Virus record (IMG/VR): IMGVR_UViG_3300045988_103535
Length of the DNA: 64,000 nt
Reading direction: 5' to 3' (one strand)
Origin: a virus
Under the pieces are notes generated by a model that was given only the letters and a program-made list of their open reading frames with translations, was not told where the DNA came from and did not search any database. Below are positions 18,073 through 28,531 of this stretch, one piece after another; position 1 is the first letter of the stretch; each line of letters begins with the position of its first letter. The position numbers were made by a program, and so were the translations under genes.

Positions 18073-21000
18073 ATGGCTAATTTAGAACATATACTGGAAT
18101 TAAATAATAAGTATAAAAATTCATATGGTCAGCTTGAAAAAATTCTACTAGAGGTATTAGAAAAAGGAGAAGTTTCTCAAACCGACCTTGAAGAAATGGA
18201 AAACTCAATGCAACAACAAACTGAAGATTACAATAAACTTAATGCAGCACAAAAACAAGCACAATCTGAAAATTTACAAGAACAAATTGACGATTTACGA
18301 AATACTAAGTTAGATATGAATATTGATACAGTTATAGATTTACTTACAAATGGCGGTCGAAGTACCGCCCTCTCAGTAAGTGATGATGGCACAATTATTC
18401 TAAATGCAGGTAGCTTAGAAGAATTAAATCAAATAAAATTATCGGTTGATGAACAAAGAAAAAGAATTGACGGCGTTATAGCTGATACTGAAGTTGAACA
18501 ACTTGACGGAACAAAAGTAAAACTAAAAGTATTATATTCTACTCTATCTCAAACAGTTGATGGCATTGAAACAAATGTAGGTACAATCGAAGGAGTAGCA
18601 AATGACGCTAATTCGAAAGCCAATGCGGCTATTACGCAAGCGTCTCAATTAAAACAAACTGTTGATAGTATTAAGTCAACTGTCACAAGTACCAGTACCG
18701 CAGTAGATGGGTCTATAAAAGAAACATACAATGAGTTTTATTTATCAAATAGTAATACTACTACAACAGGAGGTACTTGGGATAAAACTGCTCCTAATCC
18801 GCAGGCTGGTAAATATATATGGTTAAGAACTGTATATGTAACAAATAAAGGAGACAAAACTTATGGCAACCCTGCATGTATTACTGGAGCTAAGGGAGAT
18901 AAGGGTGACCCGGGACTTCAAGGTTTACAAGGTGAAAAAGGTGAACAAGGAGTGCCAGGTACTCCAGGTAAAAACGGGGCTGATGGTACAAACGGCACAG
19001 ATGGTAAAACATCTTATTTTCATATAAAATATTCTAGTGTAGAAAAACCTACTACAGCTGCTCAAATGTCAGAAACTCCAAATACTTTTATAGGGACTTA
19101 TGTAGATTTTGACCCATCGGATAGCACTGACCCTAAAAAATACACTTGGTACAGATTCCAAGGTTTACAAGGAGAAAAAGGAGAACAAGGAATACCTGGA
19201 GTTGGCACAGATGGGAAAACAAGCTATTTACACATAAAATATTCTGATGACGGAGGAACAACTTTTACTGCAAACAATGGCGAGACTGTAGGTACTTATA
19301 TAGGAACTTATACAGATTTTAATCAAAGTGACTCAAACGACACAAGTAGTTATACTTGGGCTAAAATTAAAGGTGAGCAAGGTAGTGATGGTGTAGGTAT
19401 AGACCATATATTAACAATATATTTTGTATCTACTTCTAAAACTACAGCTCCTACATTTGCAGAATATGGGTGGGTTCTTGATATTCCAGCTTACGTAGAA
19501 GGTAACTATTTATGGAGTGCATATAAAATTTGGTATACTGACGGTAATGTAGGATTCACCACTCCGCAATATTGTAGTGAGTGGGAGGCTAACCATAAAG
19601 CAGAAACAGCAGTATCTATAGCCACTCAAACAAGTGAGAAATTCGAATGGTTAGTAAAAAAAGGTTCTACGCAATCAAGTTTAACATTGACTGATGCGAC
19701 AATCACAGCAATAGCAAATTCTGATATAAAATTCAAAGCAAATCAAATATCATTAGAAGGACTTGTAACTGCTAATAATAATTTTAAGATATTAGCTGAT
19801 GGCTCTATTGAAGCTGTCAACGCTAAATTTACTGGAGATATATCAGGTTCTACATTTTCAAGTAAAGACGGGTCATTCAAAGTTGGAGATGACGGTAGAG
19901 TTGAATTAGATTCTCTATCTGTTAATAGTGAAATATCAACTGATATATTAACAATTAATACTATTAATAATTCTAGATATCAACCTGTATTAGACGAAGA
20001 CGTTACTATCACTATTGATAGTACAGGCGTAAATTCAGATGAATTTGAACATGGAAGTACTTATACAACATTATCTGCTTTTCAAGAAGCTTGTCCGACT
20101 AATTTAAATGGTCATGAAGTTACGTTGATATTTGCTAATGATTATGAAGGTAATTTGAATTTTACTACTCAAAATAACGGCAAAATAATATTAAACTTTA
20201 ATAACCATACAATTAAAGGCTATTTATACTTCGGTATAAAAACTATGGAATATGAATTTGCGGATAATAATAATGGCGTAATAATGCCTAATGCAGGCTA
20301 TGTAGGAGATAACGGAAATTATTCAATATTCGTATATAACACAAGTTTAAAAATATGCGATTGCAAAGTATATGCAAGTAATAGCAGCGGTAATAATAGT
20401 GGAATAGAATTTTCTTCATTTGCTCAAGGTAAAGTGGATAATGTATCTTTTGTTAATTGCTATAATGGAATACGTGCATATGTAAAATCTCAAGTATACT
20501 GCACAAATACAAAGGGGTCAACTTCATCATATGCTTTTTACAGTTTGTCAGGTTCAGATATATCATTTAGTGCTACATCTCAAACTAGTAGAAACAGTAG
20601 TACAAATCATTATAATACAAGTTCAAATGGTACTATTCATGCAGAAGGCGCAACATTCAATGGAACTACAATACCTGGCACAAATACAAATACTGACACA
20701 TCAACAGAAACTAAAACTATCACACTAACTGCCGATTATGGCGACACTTATAGAAAAACAGTTTATAACAACTGGAAAAAAGACGGTACAGTTAGACAAG
20801 GTGATTATGGTTACGGTGATTGCGTAGGTTGTTGGTTCTTCGGTAATAAATTGAGTAATTATGCTACTAAAAATATTAGTAAAATAGTAATTACATTTAC
20901 AAGACAAAGCGGAGGTAGTTATGGAGAAGTTTTACATGGAGTAAAAACACATAACTATAGTTCAAGACCAAGTAGCACACCTTCCTTTAGAAGTGACTTT

Positions 21001-21177
21001 AGTAAATCCGTGTCTGTCAGTGCAGGTTCAACTGGAATAATTACATTAACAAGTAGCACAGATATAGCAAACTTCATGAAAGCAAAAGGAGTTGGACTTG
21101 TACCTGCATCACAAGATAAAGCACATTATTCAGTATGTTCAGGTACTTGCAAAATAAAAATTACTTATGCAGAATAA
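18073..21177 (+). CDS. Tail fibre/receptor-binding protein with collagen-like repeats
   Basis: GAKGDKGDPGLQGLQGEKGEQGVPGTPGKNGADG; beta-helix-like tail region. Confidence 0.8.
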   Translation: MANLEHILELNNKYKNSYGQLEKILLEVLEKGEVSQTDLEEMENSMQQQTEDYNKLNAAQKQAQSENLQEQIDDLRNTKLDMNIDTVIDLLTNGGRSTALSVSDDGTIILNAGSLEELNQIKLSVDEQRKRIDGVIADTEVEQLDGTKVKLKVLYSTLSQTVDGIETNVGTIEGVANDANSKANAAITQASQLKQTVDSIKSTVTSTSTAVDGSIKETYNEFYLSNSNTTTTGGTWDKTAPNPQAGKYIWLRTVYVTNKGDKTYGNPACITGAKGDKGDPGLQGLQGEKGEQGVPGTPGKNGADGTNGTDGKTSYFHIKYSSVEKPTTAAQMSETPNTFIGTYVDFDPSDSTDPKKYTWYRFQGLQGEKGEQGIPGVGTDGKTSYLHIKYSDDGGTTFTANNGETVGTYIGTYTDFNQSDSNDTSSYTWAKIKGEQGSDGVGIDHILTIYFVSTSKTTAPTFAEYGWVLDIPAYVEGNYLWSAYKIWYTDGNVGFTTPQYCSEWEANHKAETAVSIATQTSEKFEWLVKKGSTQSSLTLTDATITAIANSDIKFKANQISLEGLVTANNNFKILADGSIEAVNAKFTGDISGSTFSSKDGSFKVGDDGRVELDSLSVNSEISTDILTINTINNSRYQPVLDEDVTITIDSTGVNSDEFEHGSTYTTLSAFQEACPTNLNGHEVTLIFANDYEGNLNFTTQNNGKIILNFNNHTIKGYLYFGIKTMEYEFADNNNGVIMPNAGYVGDNGNYSIFVYNTSLKICDCKVYASNSSGNNSGIEFSSFAQGKVDNVSFVNCYNGIRAYVKSQVYCTNTKGSTSSYAFYSLSGSDISFSATSQTSRNSSTNHYNTSSNGTIHAEGATFNGTTIPGTNTNTDTSTETKTITLTADYGDTYRKTVYNNWKKDGTVRQGDYGYGDCVGCWFFGNKLSNYATKNISKIVITFTRQSGGSYGEVLHGVKTHNYSSRPSSTPSFRSDFSKSVSVSAGSTGIITLTSSTDIANFMKAKGVGLVPASQDKAHYSVCSGTCKIKITYAE

Positions 21178-21183
21178 ATATAG

Positions 21184-21217
21184 AGGTGATATTAACATAT
21201 CACCTTTCTTTTTATAT
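21184..21217 (+). terminator. Stem-loop terminator
   Basis: AGGTGATATtaacATATCACCTTTCTTTTT. Confidence 0.55.
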
Positions 21218-21238
21218 AATTAAGTAGAGGTGATTTAT

Positions 21239-21394
21239 ATGTCCGATATTGAAGTTATGTTAAACTTATACAAAAAACAATTAGCTGACGCAATAGAAGA
21301 ATGTAATCTATTCAAGGCTAAATATATTGTTTTACAACAACAGTATGAAAAATTAAAACAAGAAAAGGAGGAAAATAAAAAAGATGATAAGTAG
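21239..21394 (+). CDS. Small hypothetical protein (51 aa)
   Basis: MSDIEVMLNLYKKQLADAIEECNLFKAKYIVLQQQYEKLKQEKEENKKDDK; stop overlaps next gene; absent from supplied track. Confidence 0.5.
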   Translation: MSDIEVMLNLYKKQLADAIEECNLFKAKYIVLQQQYEKLKQEKEENKKDDK

Positions 21395-23102
21395 AGATTG
21401 CATTATAACAGTAAATGGGAATACAGCAACTATAGATAGTGACATCTATTTATACAAATACGATAAAAATATTCAATTAGTTTTTTCAATAATTAATAGC
21501 AAATATATGTATGATAATGATGACTCTAATAATTTAATAAAAAGTATGCAAGCAGCATACGCTCAGGTTAAATTTAAAAAAGACGACTCAGCCGACATAG
21601 AAATTGAATTTGATATTCAAGCTACACGTGAAGGAGCTGTTTTACTTACAATAAACGAAGAACTTACAGATGAGGATACTGAATTAGGTGAATATACAAT
21701 ACAGATAAGATTATTAGACTCTAATAAAAACTCAGTTGTAACATTACCACCGGTAGAATCTTGTATTCATATTCTAGCTCCATTATTCGAAAAAATGGGA
21801 GCAAATACTAATGAAGTTAATAAGGCAGTAGTTAATAAAGCAGTAGCAAGATATGCCGCACCATTATCCGCTACTACAGAAGATGGAACATTTAATTCAA
21901 AAACATGGGTTGACGGTACTAAAATTACAACTGCTGAGCTTAATAGAATGGAGACAGGAATAAAAACTAATAGTACACAACTTAAAGATGTTGTGAACAG
22001 ACTAGAAATAATTCCGATAAAAAATACACACCATATTATTCAAAATGGAGTACCAGTTTCTCAACAAAATATAAATTTAGATGGAACTGATTATAAGGCA
22101 TATTTATTTAATGATGAACAAATAACAGTACCAGACAACTTAGTATTAGGAAATTTTGAAAATAAGTTTTTAGCTTTATATTCCGATTCTAATAAATTGG
22201 TAAATGCCATTGTCACATATAATGATGGTACAAATAATATAACAAAAGAAGTAGAGTTGACAGGTAACGATTATTCCAGTTCGAAAACGCTTTCTTATAC
22301 TGAAGAAGGCACATCTAAGTCATTTACAATAGAATTTGGATTCGATAATAACACTAATGAATTTTATATATATGTTGATGATTATTCATACGATGATGGT
22401 TCTGATACATTTTATGAGGTGAAAAATGTTTCTCTTTCATATTTGCAAATTACCAATTTATTAGATGATGATTATTTAAAAAGTATTGATTATTCTAAAA
22501 TTAAAAATATCCCTTCTAAGTTAAATGCCCTTGTAAATGGTTCAATAAAAACTTTAGATACTGGGGAATACGCATCTTTATTCGATAATTTATTTATTTG
22601 GGACGCTAATAAAATAAATGAGAAATTAGATAGTACAAGTGGGGTAAAACAGAATCAATATTATAATCATAATATAAAAATTAAACAAAAAGATAGTGAA
22701 GGAATAGGTTATGGTCAATATATACCAGCTTCTGTTATGACTGAATATAAATTATTTGTTTCAGCAGGTAGTGATGTTATAATAAAAGTTTATAATAGAA
22801 AATCTAAAGAATTAATAACTGAACTTTCAGATTTTTCTAATGGCGGATATCAAACAATTACTATAAGTGATTCATATTCAGACACAGATGGTATATTTAT
22901 TGCTTTTACAGTTAAAGATAATGTAACAGATTTTTATGGTAATACCTATGTTAATGATTTAGTTCTATGTAACCCAAGTGGATTTTTAACTAAACAAGAT
23001 GTAAATAATAAAGTCGATAAATCTCAATTGTCATTTAACTCTAATGGAGAACTGGTCGTGACTATAGATGGAGTTAGTAAAACATTCGTACCTAAAGCCT
23101 AA
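21384..23102 (+). CDS. BppU-like baseplate upper protein
   Basis: N-terminal YKYDKNIQLVFSI...YAQVKFKKDDS...IQLLDSNKNSVVTLPPVESCIHI pattern. Confidence 0.6.
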   Translation: MISRDCIITVNGNTATIDSDIYLYKYDKNIQLVFSIINSKYMYDNDDSNNLIKSMQAAYAQVKFKKDDSADIEIEFDIQATREGAVLLTINEELTDEDTELGEYTIQIRLLDSNKNSVVTLPPVESCIHILAPLFEKMGANTNEVNKAVVNKAVARYAAPLSATTEDGTFNSKTWVDGTKITTAELNRMETGIKTNSTQLKDVVNRLEIIPIKNTHHIIQNGVPVSQQNINLDGTDYKAYLFNDEQITVPDNLVLGNFENKFLALYSDSNKLVNAIVTYNDGTNNITKEVELTGNDYSSSKTLSYTEEGTSKSFTIEFGFDNNTNEFYIYVDDYSYDDGSDTFYEVKNVSLSYLQITNLLDDDYLKSIDYSKIKNIPSKLNALVNGSIKTLDTGEYASLFDNLFIWDANKINEKLDSTSGVKQNQYYNHNIKIKQKDSEGIGYGQYIPASVMTEYKLFVSAGSDVIIKVYNRKSKELITELSDFSNGGYQTITISDSYSDTDGIFIAFTVKDNVTDFYGNTYVNDLVLCNPSGFLTKQDVNNKVDKSQLSFNSNGELVVTIDGVSKTFVPKA

Positions 23103-23137
23103 TTTAAATTAGCAATTTAAAAATATTATGTACTATT

Positions 23138-23176
23138 TAAAACTACTTACTATATATGTAAGTAGTTTTTTATTTA
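23138..23176 (+). terminator. Stem-loop terminator
   Basis: AAAACTACTTACtatatatGTAAGTAGTTTTTTATTT. Confidence 0.6.
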
Positions 23177-23226
23177 TAGTTTTATACCTACTTATAATAT
23201 AATATAAGTAACAAGGAGGTATTAGC

Positions 23227-23541
23227 ATGGGAGTAAATTCTATATTATACTTAGCAAGTCTTCTAACTGCGCTTACTATAATTGTTACAACTTTTTTCAA
23301 AGTATGCAAAGCAATGAAAGCAGTATATGATAAAATTCATGAATTTCAAGAAATAATGGAAGAAAATACAATGTATACTTTAAAACTTGTTATTTTGAAT
23401 GAAAATTTATCATTGGAGGAACGAATTCACGCAGGCGATAGATATATCGAATTGCATGGTAATGGTTATGTACATTCAATATATGACCAGTTAAAAAAGG
23501 AGGTTGAACAACAACATGAGCATGATACAAGAGTTAATTAA
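23227..23541 (+). CDS. Small membrane protein in lysis module, possible holin-like
   Basis: N-terminal hydrophobic segment ILYLASLLTALTIIVTTFFKV; adjacent to holin/amidase. Confidence 0.45.
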   Translation: MGVNSILYLASLLTALTIIVTTFFKVCKAMKAVYDKIHEFQEIMEENTMYTLKLVILNENLSLEERIHAGDRYIELHGNGYVHSIYDQLKKEVEQQHEHDTRVN

Positions 23542-23866
23542 TCAAATAGCAGGAAATATTATTCAAACATTTCTAGCAGTCATAGTAGCATATATAGGTA
23601 TAGTCGGAAAAAGACTGTATCAAAAATATGTAAATACAGAACTGAAAAAAATTGTAGTAAAAGATTGCGTAAAAGCAGTAGAACAAATTTATAAAGATAT
23701 TCATGGCGACGATAAAAAAGCACAATGTGAAAATCATATAGTCCAATTATTGTATGAGTATGGTATAACTATTACTCAAGCAGAATTAGATATAATGATT
23801 GAGTCAGCTGTGCAAGAACTTAACAAAACTTTAAAAGAGGATAAAACAATAGGGTTTAAAAAATAG
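23504..23866 (+). CDS. Phage holin, LLH-like
   Basis: TM segment (IIQTFLAVIVAYIGIVGKRLYQKYV) followed by AVEQIYKDIHGDDKKAQCE...YGITITQAELDIMIESAV typical of LLH holins; ATG at 23516 may be the real start. Confidence 0.8.
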   Translation: MNNNMSMIQELINQIAGNIIQTFLAVIVAYIGIVGKRLYQKYVNTELKKIVVKDCVKAVEQIYKDIHGDDKKAQCENHIVQLLYEYGITITQAELDIMIESAVQELNKTLKEDKTIGFKK

Positions 23867-23877
23867 GAGTTGATATA

Positions 23878-24651
23878 ATGTCGAGTAAAATAAACAATCA
23901 TAAATTAGTACATGGCAGTACTATTGGTCATGCCAGCGTTGTTGTTAGAGATTTAATGACTTCAGGTAAAGTAGTGCCAAGTTATTCATTAACACCTTCA
24001 TATATTACAATTCATAATGTCGGCGACGATGATGTTCCAGGTGTGACATGGGATAAAGCATTACGTAATGCTAATAAATATGGTAAATCTGGAGGTTATA
24101 GAATAGCATCGTGGCATGTTACAGTAGACTATAATAAAATATATCAAGAAATACCATTTAACAAAGTAGCATGGCACGCAGGCGACGGAGAATACGGAAA
24201 AGGAAATAGACATTCAATAGGTATAGAAAACTGCCAGTATTCACGTGATAAAACAAAACAAAAATTAGTCTGGGAAAATTGCGCAGCCTTATGCGTTGAA
24301 CTAACAAAAGAATATTCTATACCAACTAACCATATAGTACAACATTATTATTGGACTAAAAAAGATTGCCCATATTTATTAAGACATAAACGTTTTGGAT
24401 ATGACTGGACTTGGTTTATGAATTTAGTAAAAGGAGCAAAACCAGTAGACACAGAATTCAAATCTTATGTAGTTAGAATAATAGTAGACGAGTTAAATAT
24501 TAGAACAGGTCCTTCTACCTCATATGAAAAAGTTGGCGAACTTCACAAAGGCGACGCATACACAATAATAGAAGAAAAAAACAACTGGGGTAGACTTAAA
24601 TCTGGAGCCGGTTGGATTTCATTAAGTAATAAATATGTAGAAAAAATATAA
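23878..24651 (+). CDS. N-acetylmuramoyl-L-alanine amidase (endolysin) with SH3 domain
   Basis: SLTPSYITIHNVG, SWHVTVDYNKIYQEIPFNKVAWHAGDG, IGIENCQ; C-terminal LNIRTGPSTSYEKVGELHKGD. Confidence 0.92.
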   Translation: MSSKINNHKLVHGSTIGHASVVVRDLMTSGKVVPSYSLTPSYITIHNVGDDDVPGVTWDKALRNANKYGKSGGYRIASWHVTVDYNKIYQEIPFNKVAWHAGDGEYGKGNRHSIGIENCQYSRDKTKQKLVWENCAALCVELTKEYSIPTNHIVQHYYWTKKDCPYLLRHKRFGYDWTWFMNLVKGAKPVDTEFKSYVVRIIVDELNIRTGPSTSYEKVGELHKGDAYTIIEEKNNWGRLKSGAGWISLSNKYVEKI

Positions 24652-24658
24652 ATACGAA

Positions 24659-24693
24659 ATAGACCCAATATATCGGGTCTATTTTTTTTTATA
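24659..24693 (+). terminator. Stem-loop terminator after lysis module
   Basis: TAGACCCaatatatcGGGTCTATTTTTTTTT. Confidence 0.75.
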
Positions 24694-24723
24694 AAAAAAA
24701 GTGAAAAAATTTACTTCAGATAC

Positions 24724-24752
24724 TTGACTTATTACATACAAAAGTATATAAT
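24724..24752 (+). promoter_or_regulatory. Strong sigma70-like promoter
   Basis: TTGACT-N17-TATAAT. Confidence 0.8.
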
Positions 24753-24799
24753 ATAAGTATAAAGAAAAACAAATAAGAAATAAAAAGGTGGTATGAAAA

Positions 24800-25789
24800 A
24801 TGAAAAAAAGCGAATTAGGTACATTAATCATAGGTAGTCAAATAGAAAATAAAAAGAACGGCGAAGTTTTTACAATAAATAATATTACAGAAATAGATAG
24901 TAAAGTAAAATATCAATTATCAAACGATAAAACAATATCTGCATCATCAATGTTAAGATGGTACAATCTAGTACAACCTGAAACAGTAGAACAAGTTGAA
25001 TTACCAATAGTACCAGTTGAAACAGTAGAACCTGTAGAACAAGTTGAACCTGAAACAGAACAACCTACTACAGAAGTTGAAACAGTAGAACCTGAACCTG
25101 TAGAACCTGAAACAGTTGAACCTGAACCTACTCCAGATGTTAAATTAACAGATTTAGAAAAAGAAGCTATGTGGATATTAAAAACTAATGAGTATGATAA
25201 CTGTTTCGATAGAAGTTGTGGCGTAGCTAGTACATGGGATTTTGTAATTACTGAAAACATTAGCTGTGGAATACAAGGAGCAAAAGGTGTTTTAGGTAGT
25301 CTTGTTAGAAAAGGACTTGTTATAATAGATACTGAAGGCGAATATAATAAAAACTCAAAACAATATGACCATGGCATCACACTTACAGATTTAGGTTATA
25401 AAGTAGGTCTTAAAGCATTAGAAACTTTTAACCCGGACAACATTAAACCAGTAGAACCTAAACAAGTAAATGTTAACACTAGCAACGATTTAGCAAACGA
25501 AATATTTGATTATTTTACAACTCAACAAAATACATTCACATTAAAACATAATTCAGACCATTCAGTTATTAAGCTAGGTCGCAAGAAATTAGTTGAAATA
25601 TATGTTAGTAATACAGAAGTAACAGTTGCAGTTAGACAAGAACTATATAGCGAAGACGAACAAGCAAACTTAGATAATAGCAGAATTGTTAAAGACTATG
25701 CTTTCACTCTAAAATTCAAAGTACATTCATTAGATGAATTTAAATCAGTTGTAAATCGTGCTAGCGTTTATGTTCCAGTTAAAAAATAG
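24800..25789 (+). CDS. Hypothetical protein with EP/VEP-repeat linker and winged-helix-like domain
   Basis: PVETVEPVEQVEPETEQP... linker; GVLGSLVRKGLVIIDTEG...ITLTDLGYKV. Confidence 0.55.
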   Translation: MKKSELGTLIIGSQIENKKNGEVFTINNITEIDSKVKYQLSNDKTISASSMLRWYNLVQPETVEQVELPIVPVETVEPVEQVEPETEQPTTEVETVEPEPVEPETVEPEPTPDVKLTDLEKEAMWILKTNEYDNCFDRSCGVASTWDFVITENISCGIQGAKGVLGSLVRKGLVIIDTEGEYNKNSKQYDHGITLTDLGYKVGLKALETFNPDNIKPVEPKQVNVNTSNDLANEIFDYFTTQQNTFTLKHNSDHSVIKLGRKKLVEIYVSNTEVTVAVRQELYSEDEQANLDNSRIVKDYAFTLKFKVHSLDEFKSVVNRASVYVPVKK

Positions 25790-25797
25790 TAACCTTT

Positions 25798-25824
25798 AAC
25801 CCCTTCAAATTATGGAGGGGTTAA
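25798..25824 (+). terminator. Stem-loop terminator
   Basis: AACCCCTTCAAattatGGAGGGGTT followed by AT-rich DNA. Confidence 0.45.
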
Positions 25825-25856
25825 TAAAAAAATTTTAATAAATTTATGCAAAACAC

Positions 25857-25885
25857 TTGACTTATTACATAGAAAAGTATATAAT
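25857..25885 (+). promoter_or_regulatory. Strong sigma70-like promoter
   Basis: TTGACT-N17-TATAAT, near-identical to 58507-58535. Confidence 0.8.
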
Positions 25886-25937
25886 ATAAGTATAAAGAAA
25901 AACAAATAAGAAATAAAAAGTAAAGGGGATATGAAAA

Positions 25938-26186
25938 ATGATGAAATTTGAAGAAAGAAAAACAATGGAAGTATTAGATTTATTAACAGAAAGCATGAAA
26001 GAAGCACAAGACCAAACAGGTGAACAACCTACATTATATGCAGAAACAATAGCAGACGAATTAGCTTATAGAGAAAACACTACATACGATGATTATTTTC
26101 AAGTATTAGTTGAAAAAGCATTAGACGAATTACAAACAATGGGACTTATAGAAGTAGACGATACTAATAAAGTAACAGTTTTATAA
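25938..26186 (+). CDS. Small acidic protein, winged-helix-like
   Basis: RBS; ALDELQTMGLIEVDDTNKVTVL. Confidence 0.5.
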   Translation: MMKFEERKTMEVLDLLTESMKEAQDQTGEQPTLYAETIADELAYRENTTYDDYFQVLVEKALDELQTMGLIEVDDTNKVTVL

Positions 26187-26249
26187 TAAATATGAGTTAG
26201 GAGGTTCTCAACAAAAACCTCAATATAAAATAAAAAGGGGATATGAAAA

Positions 26250-26495
26250 ATGAAGTCAATGATATATGATAGTCGATTAAAAAGAGAATATTATAATTTA
26301 AGAGAAGACAATAATACTGTAGATTTTTATAGTTATACGTGGATTGATGAATTTGAAGCATATGCACCAAGTGAAAATCATACTTTTAAATTAGATAATG
26401 AAGGTTATAAAAATTGGAATGAATTTGTTGAACATATACGTCAATTTGGATTTTTAACAATAGAAGAAATAAAAATAAAAAGTACTTGTAGATAA
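26250..26495 (+). CDS. Hypothetical protein
   Basis: RBS-preceded ORF. Confidence 0.5.
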   Translation: MKSMIYDSRLKREYYNLREDNNTVDFYSYTWIDEFEAYAPSENHTFKLDNEGYKNWNEFVEHIRQFGFLTIEEIKIKSTCR

Positions 26496-26517
26496 AAATA
26501 TACAAGGAGGCGGAAAA

Positions 26518-28191
26518 ATGATAAAACTAAAATTTGATTTTTCACAAAAATTGAATTATAAACAGTCTCTCTTTATTAAGGGAGACTATAACCCAACTAT
26601 TTTAGATGTAATACATTCTTTTCAAACTAGATATTATCATCGCAATAGTAAATTATGGGAATGCAAGATAGACTATTTTCCAATAATACTCGATAAACTA
26701 AAATTTGAAGATATTCAAATATGCGGTGAAGTGCCAAAGAAATTTGAAAAGTATTTAAAAATGCTTGATATATATGATGAACAAGATGCAGACTATTTGA
26801 GTAGAACAAAACCTTTCGAACATCAAATAGAGTCTTTTAATTATGCACTAACTCATAATAAATTTTTACTTGGTGATGAGCAAGGGCTAGGAAAAACAAA
26901 ACAGGCATTAGATATAGCAGTAGCACGAAAGCATAAAATGAGACATTGTCTTATAGTATGTGGCGTTAATAATTTGAAGTGGAACTGGTATAAAGAGGTA
27001 GAAATACATACTAATGAAAAAGCACACATATTAGGTAGCAGAGTTAATAGAAAAGGAAAAACTGTTATTGGTAGCAGTGCTGAGCGCCTCGCAGACCTTA
27101 AACAAATACATGATGAATATTTTCTAATAACTAATATTGAAACATTACGAGACAAGGAGATACAGGGTCAAATAAAGAAAATGTGTAATGAGGGCATAAT
27201 AGGAATGACTATAATTGATGAAATTCATAAATGCAAAAATAGTCAATCAAAACAAGGTAAAGCAATACATTGTTGCTGTTCTTATTATAGACTAGCATTA
27301 ACAGGTACTCCACTTATGAACAACCCAATAGATTTATATAATGTGTTGAAATGGTTAGAGGTTGAAAATCATTCACTTACTTATTTCAAAAACATATATT
27401 GCGAAATGGGTGGATTCGGTGGGTATGAAATTATAGGTTATAAAAACCTAGACCAGTTAGAAAATTCACTTAATAAAAATATGCTAAGAAGACGTAAAGA
27501 AGAAGTACTTGATTTACCACCTAAAATTTATACTGACGAGCTATTAGATTTAGATAGTTCTCAAGACAAATTATATAGAGATGTCACTAATCAAATTATT
27601 GAGGATATTGATAGAATTATGTTATTACCTAACCCATTAACTGAGTTAATTCGATTGAGACAAGTTACTTCAAACCCGAACATATTAACTAGCAAAAATA
27701 TTACTAATGTGAAGTATGATAGAATATTAGACATATTAGAGTCTACAACAGACAAAGTTATAATATTTAGCAACTGGACTAAAGTTATAAATCCACTATA
27801 TATTAAGTTGAGTAGCTTAGGTTATAACCCAGCATTAGTTACTGGAGAATCTAAAGACCCAATATTAGAAATGAATAAATTTCAATCTGACAATACTTGT
27901 AAAGTGATATTAGGTACAACTCCAGCATTAGGTACTGGCTATACATTAACTGCGGCAAATACAGTAATATTTATTGATGAACCTTGGAGCAAAGCAATAA
28001 AAGACCAAGCAGAAGACCGATGCCATAGAATAGGAACAAAAGGAACAGTTAATATTATAACTCTAATTTGTAAAGATACAATAGATGAACGAATACATCA
28101 AATAATAAAAGACAAAGGCGAATTGTCTGACCGTATTGTAGACGGAAAAGCAGTTCAACCTTCAGATATAAAATTCTTAATAGGAGCGTGA
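26518..28191 (+). CDS. SNF2-family DEAD/DEAH-box helicase
   Basis: GDEQGLGKTKQALD (Walker A), IDEIHKCKN (Walker B), LTGTPLMNNPIDLYN, DEPWSKAIKDQAEDRCHRIGTKGTVNIITLI. Confidence 0.92.
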   Translation: MIKLKFDFSQKLNYKQSLFIKGDYNPTILDVIHSFQTRYYHRNSKLWECKIDYFPIILDKLKFEDIQICGEVPKKFEKYLKMLDIYDEQDADYLSRTKPFEHQIESFNYALTHNKFLLGDEQGLGKTKQALDIAVARKHKMRHCLIVCGVNNLKWNWYKEVEIHTNEKAHILGSRVNRKGKTVIGSSAERLADLKQIHDEYFLITNIETLRDKEIQGQIKKMCNEGIIGMTIIDEIHKCKNSQSKQGKAIHCCCSYYRLALTGTPLMNNPIDLYNVLKWLEVENHSLTYFKNIYCEMGGFGGYEIIGYKNLDQLENSLNKNMLRRRKEEVLDLPPKIYTDELLDLDSSQDKLYRDVTNQIIEDIDRIMLLPNPLTELIRLRQVTSNPNILTSKNITNVKYDRILDILESTTDKVIIFSNWTKVINPLYIKLSSLGYNPALVTGESKDPILEMNKFQSDNTCKVILGTTPALGTGYTLTAANTVIFIDEPWSKAIKDQAEDRCHRIGTKGTVNIITLICKDTIDERIHQIIKDKGELSDRIVDGKAVQPSDIKFLIGA

Positions 28192-28463
28192 TAAATATGA
28201 AAATAATAGACGGTAAAAAATATTACACTGCTTTCGAAACTGCTGAGCTATGTAATGTTACTAGAAATACATTAATTAGATGGTATGAATACGAAGAAAC
28301 AACAGGAAGAACATTATTACCTCCATTTATTAGAGTTGGAGGTAATCATGCAAGATATTGGAGCGAAGACGACATTGAAAAAATCTTAACTTTTAAAACA
28401 AATAAAGTAAAAGGAGAAATGAAAGTTATTTCCGACAAGTATAGTGGAAAATGTAAAAAATAG
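28188..28463 (+). CDS. MerR/excisionase-like DNA-binding protein
   Basis: YYTAFETAELCNVTRNTLIRWYEYEETTGRTLLPPFIRVGGNHARYWSEDDIEKI. Confidence 0.7.
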   Translation: MINMKIIDGKKYYTAFETAELCNVTRNTLIRWYEYEETTGRTLLPPFIRVGGNHARYWSEDDIEKILTFKTNKVKGEMKVISDKYSGKCKK

Positions 28464-28531
28464 GCGACGTGCGACTGTCTCATAAGTCGTATGTTCCTGT
28501 TCAATAATTTATATATAAAGGAGAAAAAGTT

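Noticed and set aside
24800-25789. VEP/PEP repeat region as a DNA repeat element
   Set aside because: Repeat is in-frame low-complexity linker coding (VEPE...), not a CRISPR or mobile repeat.
26518-28191. SNF2 helicase as part of a Dpd-type restriction system with DpdA
   Set aside because: It is 16 kb from the DpdA gene and no other restriction-side components are present; phages commonly encode lone SNF2 helicases.
28462-28530. tRNA-like segment GCGACTgtctcataAGTCGTATGTTCCTGTTCAATAAT with CAT in a loop
   Set aside because: No acceptor stem or D arm found and the loop is 8 nt; only a 6-bp hairpin is supportable. tRNAscan-SE would settle it.
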